Shown here: in pieces, positions 8,993 through 13,967 of the stretch | Position numbering within the stretch: the stretch's first letter is position 1 | Layout of the letters: the number at the start of each line of letters is the position of its first letter | DNA from: Candidatus Nanohalobium sp. | GTDB lineage: Archaea; Nanohalarchaeota; Nanosalinia; Nanosalinales; Nanosalinaceae | NCBI GenBank assembly: GCA_042217555.1 | Contig: JBDGSL010000017.1 | Coordinates: 1-13,967 of the forward strand | DNA length: 13,967 bases | Direction: 5' to 3' | The notes under the pieces: generated by a model | What the model was told of the DNA's origin: nothing | The model's database searches: none | Seen by the model: only the letters and a program-made list of their open reading frames with translations | Program-made: the position numbers and the translations under genes

Positions 8993-9466
8993 CTAATCCC
9001 ACTCCACTGGTTCGTATGCTTCTGGGTAGAGTTCCTGGATCTGGAATTTCTGGATTTGAGGGAACAAATTCCATTCCCCACGTTCCTTTCTGACGAAGTT
9101 GCTGACCAGTACTGTTGTGTCTTTGTCTCCGAACTCGTTTATTGCGTGTCTACAAGCTCCACAAGGCATAGTTCCCTTGTGATCTTTATCTGGTACTGGC
9201 CCCGCTACCAGTACCGCTTCTATCTTTGAATATTCGGTTTCTTCGTACTGTAGCTGGTTTATAGCGTGTCTCTCGGCACAGAAATTGAAACTTGGCTGGC
9301 TCGACTCAAACGGTTTTCCTTCATAGATTTCTCCGCTTTCGGATAATACGAAGGCGTAGATAACATCGTATAGATCGTTTTCCCAGCGATTCTTGGCGTG
9401 CTCCTCGATTCTTTCTCTGGCATACTCTATTAGCTCTTCTTCGTGTTCTGTTAGTTGGTCACTCAT
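8993..9466 (-). CDS. Cytidine deaminase family protein (three-Cys Zn site, as in tetrameric CDA/blasticidin-S deaminase)
   Basis: Zn-binding motifs FCAERHAI and PCGACRH. Confidence 0.85.
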   Translation of the reverse strand: MSDQLTEHEEELIEYARERIEEHAKNRWENDLYDVIYAFVLSESGEIYEGKPFESSQPSFNFCAERHAINQLQYEETEYSKIEAVLVAGPVPDKDHKGTMPCGACRHAINEFGDKDTTVLVSNFVRKERGEWNLFPQIQKFQIQELYPEAYEPVEWD

Positions 9467-9998
9467 AGTACTCGTCCTCTAAAATACTCATCCAGGTGAC
9501 GTTTTTCCATTCTCCGTCTACATACTTGTAGTCTCTTTCTGTGCCTTCTTCTTGGAATCCTGCTTTCTCCATTACCCGTCTTGACGCAGGATTACCTTCG
9601 AGATAACCGCCCCTGATCTTGTGACGATTTAAAGTCTCGAAAGTGTAGGTTACTACCATTTTCAGGCTTTTTGTTCCGATTCCTTGTCCGTGGTATTCTG
9701 GGTGTACAAAGTATCTTATGTGGCTACGTCCATAATCACTTTCCAAACCACCAAGAAAGATATGGCCGACCTTCTCTCCTTGATACTCTATGAGGAAGTG
9801 GACGCTTTCATCATCTGAACTAAATTCTTCAATATACTCTTCTTCTTGAGATACATTAATCGGTCTTGGAGCTCTACCAAGGTATGCTCTGACTTCTCCG
9901 TGGCTTATTGTTTCTGCGATAAACTCTGCGTCTTCCATTTCTACTGGTCGGAGAACTACATCATCCCATTCCATAAACTTACTTGTTGTTTCTGTCAC
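9459..9998 (-). CDS. RimJ/RimL-family GNAT N-acetyltransferase
   Basis: Motifs LRPVEMED, HPEYHGQGIGT and NPASRRVMEKAGF. The likely GTG start at 9998 overlaps the upstream TGA and has AGGTGA 6 nt upstream. Confidence 0.88.
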   Translation of the reverse strand: MTETTSKFMEWDDVVLRPVEMEDAEFIAETISHGEVRAYLGRAPRPINVSQEEEYIEEFSSDDESVHFLIEYQGEKVGHIFLGGLESDYGRSHIRYFVHPEYHGQGIGTKSLKMVVTYTFETLNRHKIRGGYLEGNPASRRVMEKAGFQEEGTERDYKYVDGEWKNVTWMSILEDEYYE

Positions 9999-10525
9999 TG
10001 CCAATCACCTTCTACAACGCCGTAGTAAACGACATCTTTGTATTCTCCCTGTTTGAAGGTGTGGTCTTTGAATACTCCTTCTTTGTCGAATCCAAGTTTT
10101 TCCCAGACACTTTGTGACGCCTTGTTACCTTGATAGGCTCGTGCGTATACTTTGTGGTAGTTTAGCTGGTTGAAGGCGTAATCTGTAATTAATTGTGACG
10201 CTTCTGTGCCGTATCCGTTTCCGTGGTGGTCTGGGTGTATCCAGATACCGATTTCGGCAAGTTTTTCTGCGTTATCGCCTTGAGGCATCAGACTGATTAT
10301 ACCCATTTTTTCTTCATCTCTGGATATCATCAAGTGTACTGTGTCTTCTCCGCAGATTTGTTCTTCAAAGAACTCTTCTTCGTTCTCAAGGTTTTGAGGT
10401 TTTCTGTTACCCATATATACACGGACTTCAGGGTGATTTACTCCATCTCGGAGAAATTCTATGTCTTCCTCTTCGATTGTCCTTAAGTTGATTTTTTCGC
10501 CTTTAAGAAATACTGTTCCAGCCAT
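9995..10525 (-). CDS. RimJ/RimL-family GNAT N-acetyltransferase
   Basis: Motifs LRTIEEED, EIGIWIHPDHHGNGYGTEA and NKASQSVWEKLGF. Confidence 0.9.
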   Translation of the reverse strand: MAGTVFLKGEKINLRTIEEEDIEFLRDGVNHPEVRVYMGNRKPQNLENEEEFFEEQICGEDTVHLMISRDEEKMGIISLMPQGDNAEKLAEIGIWIHPDHHGNGYGTEASQLITDYAFNQLNYHKVYARAYQGNKASQSVWEKLGFDKEGVFKDHTFKQGEYKDVVYYGVVEGDWQ

Positions 10526-10580
10526 AGAGAGGATTTTCTTTCAGGCTGTTATAATTTTAAGGCAATTGCTTCTATATCTG

Positions 10581-10593
10581 GAAAAGATTTAAG
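10581..10593 (+). promoter_or_regulatory. Archaeal BRE/TATA-like promoter for the proS leader
   Basis: GAAAAGA-TTTAAG, with the TATA-like part 25-30 nt before ATG 10618. This spacing is expected for a leaderless archaeal transcript. Confidence 0.55.
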
Positions 10594-10617
10594 AAACTCA
10601 TCACATCTCTGATAGTT

Positions 10618-10647
10618 ATGTCTGGTGACTACGTTCCTCGGCAGTAG
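10618..10647 (+). CDS. Putative leader peptide uORF1 (MSGDYVPRQ)
   Basis: ATG TCT GGT GAC TAC GTT CCT CGG CAG TAG. It sits at the predicted transcript start and shares a motif with uORF2. Confidence 0.6.
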   Translation: MSGDYVPRQ

Positions 10648-10699
10648 AATATTTGAGAGTTCTTTTAGTCGCCAGAATACCGAATTTTCCGTGATTTCT

Positions 10700-10756
10700 A
10701 TGAACAAAGTTTCAACTACAGGTGGATACGTTCCACCACGACAACAGATTCGATAA
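10700..10756 (+). CDS. Putative leader peptide uORF2 (MNKVSTTGGYVPPRQQIR)
   Basis: It has tandem CCA CCA Pro codons at 10733-10738 and shares G-x-Y-V-P..R-Q with uORF1. Confidence 0.6.
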   Translation: MNKVSTTGGYVPPRQQIR

Positions 10757-10862
10757 CTATCGAAACTTTGGAGAAGTTTCTGGTGTTGCAGAAACTCGAA
10801 GAGTTTCGAACCACTCAAAATCCTTTAACAACACTTTTTTCCTCAACTTCTGGTGAACGCTG

Positions 10863-12083
10863 GTGAGACGCAGTAATCTCTTCGTAACCAGTTCCAAAGA
10901 GACAGAAGCCGACACGCACTGTAAAAGTGCCGAACTTGCGGTACAAGCAGGGCTTGTCCACAACTACGGCTCTGGAACCTTTGGATTCTCCCATCTCGGT
11001 CAGAGAGTTCTGAATAACATAGAATCAGTGATCAGAGAAGAAATGGACGAAATCGGGCAAGAAGTGAAGATGAACCTTCTCCAGACCAGTGAACTGTGGG
11101 AGAAGTCAGGGCGTTGGAAGAACTTTGAAGGAGAAGAGTTCTTCAACTTCAAGAACAGAGACGACAAAGACTTCACCATCGCCGCAACACACGAAGAAGC
11201 ATCCGTAGAACTCACAAAGAAGTACATCCGAAGCTACAGGGATCTCGACCTAACGATCTACCAGATCGGCAGAAAGTTCAGAGACGACCACGCCAGAAAC
11301 GGTCTTTTGCGGACGAAAGAGTTCATTATGAAGGACGCCTATAGCTTCCACAAAGACAGAGAAGGGCTACAGGAGAAGTACCGTGAGTTCCTCAACGCCT
11401 ACCGAACTATCTTCGACAAGCTCGGACTTGAGTACTCTGTCGTTGCCACTGACAACGGCTCTATGGGAGGAAGTCAAAGCCACGAATTTATGGCCGAAGC
11501 AGAAATCGGAAGCGACACCTACCTGAAATCCGACAACTGTGAGTTCGGAACCAAGAATCTTGACACTGGAAACTGTGGCAACTGTGGTTCAGAGCTCCGT
11601 GAAGTGAACGGTATAGAGATCGGTCACTGTTTCAAACTTGGAACCCGATACAGCGAATCTATGGATCTAACCTTCGATACCGAAGAGGGAGATACAGAGA
11701 ACGTGGTTATGGCCAGTTATGGGATCGGAGTAAGTCGATTGATTTCAGCGATCATAGAGCAGAATCACGATCAGAATGGCATCACTTGGAATGAAGAAGT
11801 GTCTGCTTTCAACTTTTCTGTGATTGCCGCAAGGCACGAAGAGGAAGTAACGGAGAAAGCAGAGAGCATCTATCAAGAGCTACAGGAGCAGGGAGTAGAC
11901 GTTCTGCTTTATGACGGTCAACTATCTACAGGCGAGCAGTTCAGGGAGTCTGATCTTCTCGGAGTCAACCGCAAAGTTATCGTGGGCAGTAATTTCCTTG
12001 AGAACGGAAAGATTGAGATAGAGTCCAGAAGCGGAGAAAAGAAGGAAGTTGAAGCAGGAGAAATGGTGGAAGAAATGAGCTAA
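10863..12083 (+). CDS. proS: Prolyl-tRNA synthetase, bacterial-type, short form without the INS editing domain; contains no proline
   Basis: Motifs include LWEKSGRW, THEE, motif 2 YQIGRKFRD...EFIMKDAYSF, MGGSQSHEF, GIEIGHCFKLG, motif 3 MASYGIGVSR and a class IIa anticodon-binding domain. It starts with GTG. Confidence 0.93.
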   Translation: MRRSNLFVTSSKETEADTHCKSAELAVQAGLVHNYGSGTFGFSHLGQRVLNNIESVIREEMDEIGQEVKMNLLQTSELWEKSGRWKNFEGEEFFNFKNRDDKDFTIAATHEEASVELTKKYIRSYRDLDLTIYQIGRKFRDDHARNGLLRTKEFIMKDAYSFHKDREGLQEKYREFLNAYRTIFDKLGLEYSVVATDNGSMGGSQSHEFMAEAEIGSDTYLKSDNCEFGTKNLDTGNCGNCGSELREVNGIEIGHCFKLGTRYSESMDLTFDTEEGDTENVVMASYGIGVSRLISAIIEQNHDQNGITWNEEVSAFNFSVIAARHEEEVTEKAESIYQELQEQGVDVLLYDGQLSTGEQFRESDLLGVNRKVIVGSNFLENGKIEIESRSGEKKEVEAGEMVEEMS

Positions 12084-12159
12084 CAACTTCTTTCTCCTAA
12101 TTTTTCGGTGGAATCGAAAACTCAAGAGTTTTCTTAATCCACACGAAATCTCCGATTTC

Positions 12160-12230
12160 GGCGGGATAGTGTAGCGGCATCATCGCACGTTCGGGACGTG
12201 CGGACGGCGGTTCGAATCCGCCTCCTGCCA
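12160..12230 (+). tRNA. tRNA-Pro(CGG)
   Basis: The cloverleaf has acceptor GGCGGGA/TCCTGCC, D-arm GTG/CAT, anticodon arm GCACG-TTCGGGA-CGTGC, T-arm GGCGG-TTCGAAT-CCGCC and discriminator A. It has no intron and no separately encoded CCA tail. Confidence 0.95.
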
Positions 12231-12322
12231 ATTGCATATACCTTAATTTTATAGAAATCCCGAAACTGCCAAAGCATTTCTGTGGAATAAATTCTAAAGT
12301 TTAGCTTACTGAAGGTTTGATT

Positions 12323-13084
12323 ATGGAAGAGAAAGCGAAGGAATGGTGGGAGGTAACAGCAGGCTATTTTCAAGATGAAGCAGATGTACCGATAGCCATC
12401 CATTATGGAACAGGTTCTCCTTTAGAGGACAAACTGGGATTAATAGAACAGGATTTAGAAGGCAAGAAAGTTCTGGAAATGGGCTGTGGTGCAGCTCAAG
12501 GAGGAATAGCATTTGCGAAGAAAGGTGCAAAAGTTACAGGAGTAGATATTTCAGAAGAACAACTGGAGATAGCCACAGAATTGATAGATGAACATGGAGT
12601 TGACATTGAACTACACCAGGGAGACATCAAAGACATGGAGACGATAGAATCAAGCTCTTATGATATAGTATACTCTGCATATGCTTTCCAATGGTTGAAA
12701 GATATTCAAGCAGTATTCTCGGAGGCTCATAGAGCATTAAAATCAGGCGGGATGTTCCTATTTAGTCTTCCACACCCCTTCTTCCAGTTTTTAGGAGGAG
12801 AAATTGAAACCCAACAACTTGATATTGAAGAACATTATCTGGATGCAGATGTATCAAAGACAGAGCAACTTGAGGAAGATGGAGAAGAATATGAAATGAT
12901 TATCTACAGGAGGACTGTAGGCGAACTTTTCAATAGCCTCAGGGAAGCAGGATTTCAGGTAGATAGAATTATCGAACCTGACCCGAGAGAAGCAGCAGGA
13001 GATGAAGGCGAACAATGGGTTGACCAAGACCTGCTTTCCAAAGTTCCATCCACTGTAATATTTAGAGCTTTCAAGGAGGAATGA
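12323..13084 (+). CDS. Class I SAM-dependent methyltransferase
   Basis: Motifs VLEMGCGAAQ, GVDISEEQL, YDIVYS and LKSGGMFLFSLPHP. Confidence 0.9.
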   Translation: MEEKAKEWWEVTAGYFQDEADVPIAIHYGTGSPLEDKLGLIEQDLEGKKVLEMGCGAAQGGIAFAKKGAKVTGVDISEEQLEIATELIDEHGVDIELHQGDIKDMETIESSSYDIVYSAYAFQWLKDIQAVFSEAHRALKSGGMFLFSLPHPFFQFLGGEIETQQLDIEEHYLDADVSKTEQLEEDGEEYEMIIYRRTVGELFNSLREAGFQVDRIIEPDPREAAGDEGEQWVDQDLLSKVPSTVIFRAFKEE

Positions 13085-13200
13085 GCCGGGTCCTGCCATA
13101 TTATTCATAAGTAAGCAAATCAATATACCGTAATATGGAAACCGAGTTTGAATCGGTAGGCGGTAAAGACGCCGACTTCAATCGGAAACAGGGTATCAGC

Positions 13201-13967
13201 CTACTCTCTTTCCTCTAAAAAGTAGTCGGAGACATCCTCTGTCTGACCTGCCTGAACCTTCCAGAGCTTCGCATAGATACCATCTTCTTCCAATAATTCA
13301 TCGTGACTACCTCTCTCAACAATCCTTCCATCATCCAAAACAATTATCTTGTCAGCATCCTTGATCGTAGACAACCTATGAGCTATCGCCAGAACCGTCC
13401 TATCCTGAATTAACTCTTCTATACCTTTCTGAATCTTGATCTCTGTCTCCGTGTCAACATCGCTTGTTGCTTCATCCAGTATCAGGATTTCAGGATCTTG
13501 AAGAATAGCTCTCGCAATACCGATCCTCTGCCTCTGACCTCCCGATAGTTTGACTCCTTCCTCTCCCACTTCGGAGTCATAGCCATCAGGCAGTTCTTGG
13601 ATAAATTCGTGTGCTTGAGCCTTTTTTGCCGCCTCAACAACCTCTTCTCTACTTGCGTCAGGAACAGCATACTCAATATTCTCCTCCACAGATTCAGGGA
13701 ACAAGACATTATCCTGACTAACATATCCTATAGAACTTCTCAAGCTCTTCAAGTTGACATCCTGAATATTTTGATCATCGATTCTGATCTCTCCTTCGTC
13801 TAACTCGTAGAACCGAAGCAAAATTTTGACTACCGTAGACTTTCCTGCTCCTGTAGGCCCAGCTAACGCCAAAGTCTCTTGAGGCTTAATCGTGAAGTTC
13901 AGGTCTTCAACCACAGGTTCCTCATCATATCCAAAGGTAACGGAATCGTATTCAACCTTGCCATCCG
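13201..13967 (-). CDS. ABC exporter (MdlB/MsbA-like), C-terminal ATPase domain; partial
   Basis: Walker A GPTGAGKST, Q-loop VSQD, signature LSGGQRQR, Walker B ILILDEAT and H-loop AHRLS. The frame stays open to the window edge (DGKVEYDSVTFGY). Confidence 0.93.
   Translation of the reverse strand, partial: DGKVEYDSVTFGYDEEPVVEDLNFTIKPQETLALAGPTGAGKSTVVKILLRFYELDEGEIRIDDQNIQDVNLKSLRSSIGYVSQDNVLFPESVEENIEYAVPDASREEVVEAAKKAQAHEFIQELPDGYDSEVGEEGVKLSGGQRQRIGIARAILQDPEILILDEATSDVDTETEIKIQKGIEELIQDRTVLAIAHRLSTIKDADKIIVLDDGRIVERGSHDELLEEDGIYAKLWKVQAGQTEDVSDYFLEERE

Larger units (their letters stand above)
10618..10862 (+). promoter_or_regulatory. Structured attenuator-like 5' leader of proS
   Basis: It contains multiple mutually exclusive stems, a T6 tract at 10835-10840 and an SD-like GGTGA at 10852-10856. 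Confidence 0.5.

Noticed and set aside
2205..10525. Integron with resistance cassettes
   Set aside because: I see no IntI-specific insertion and no attC-like repeats. The genes overlap in operon fashion, leaving no room for cassette sites.
10719..10740. T-box riboswitch upstream of proS (AGGTGGATACG)
   Set aside because: It lacks the UGGNACC bulge consensus and a recognisable stem I. It is better explained as uORF2 coding sequence plus a hairpin.
10549..10963. Minus-strand ORFs 10549-10818 and 10757-10963
   Set aside because: They have non-acidic, low-information translations and lie antisense to the proS leader and gene.
12160..12230. Mistranslating or recoded tRNA partner, as for ProRS paralogs paired with non-Pro anticodons
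   Set aside because: The anticodon is CGG, a normal Pro anticodon, so there is no direct evidence for recoding.
1..13967. CRISPR array, rRNA or IS transposase
   Set aside because: I saw no regularly spaced direct repeats, rRNA-like sequence or transposase motifs.

Overview
This window is probably from a halophilic archaeon. The very acidic proteins, moderate GC, archaeal tRNAs and BRE/TATA-like promoter best fit Nanohaloarchaeota, but that is an inference. From left to right it holds a small RHH/antitoxin-like gene, an orphan tRNA-Leu 3' half (probable att site), gene remnants, a JAB/MPN-like gene and a tyrosine integrase. Next comes a dense set of small-molecule-modifying enzymes: three APH-like kinases, three GNAT domains, a PhnP-like hydrolase, a cytidine/blasticidin-type deaminase, two SAM methyltransferases and an ABC exporter. 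The standout is a bacterial-type prolyl-tRNA synthetase (10863-12083) with no proline in 406 aa, even at positions where Pro is normally conserved. It is preceded by two tandem uORFs sharing the motif G-x-Y-V-P-(P)-R-Q inside a leader with alternative base-pairings, and followed by tRNA-Pro(CGG). This looks like a Pro-tRNA-sensing rescue/resistance module.
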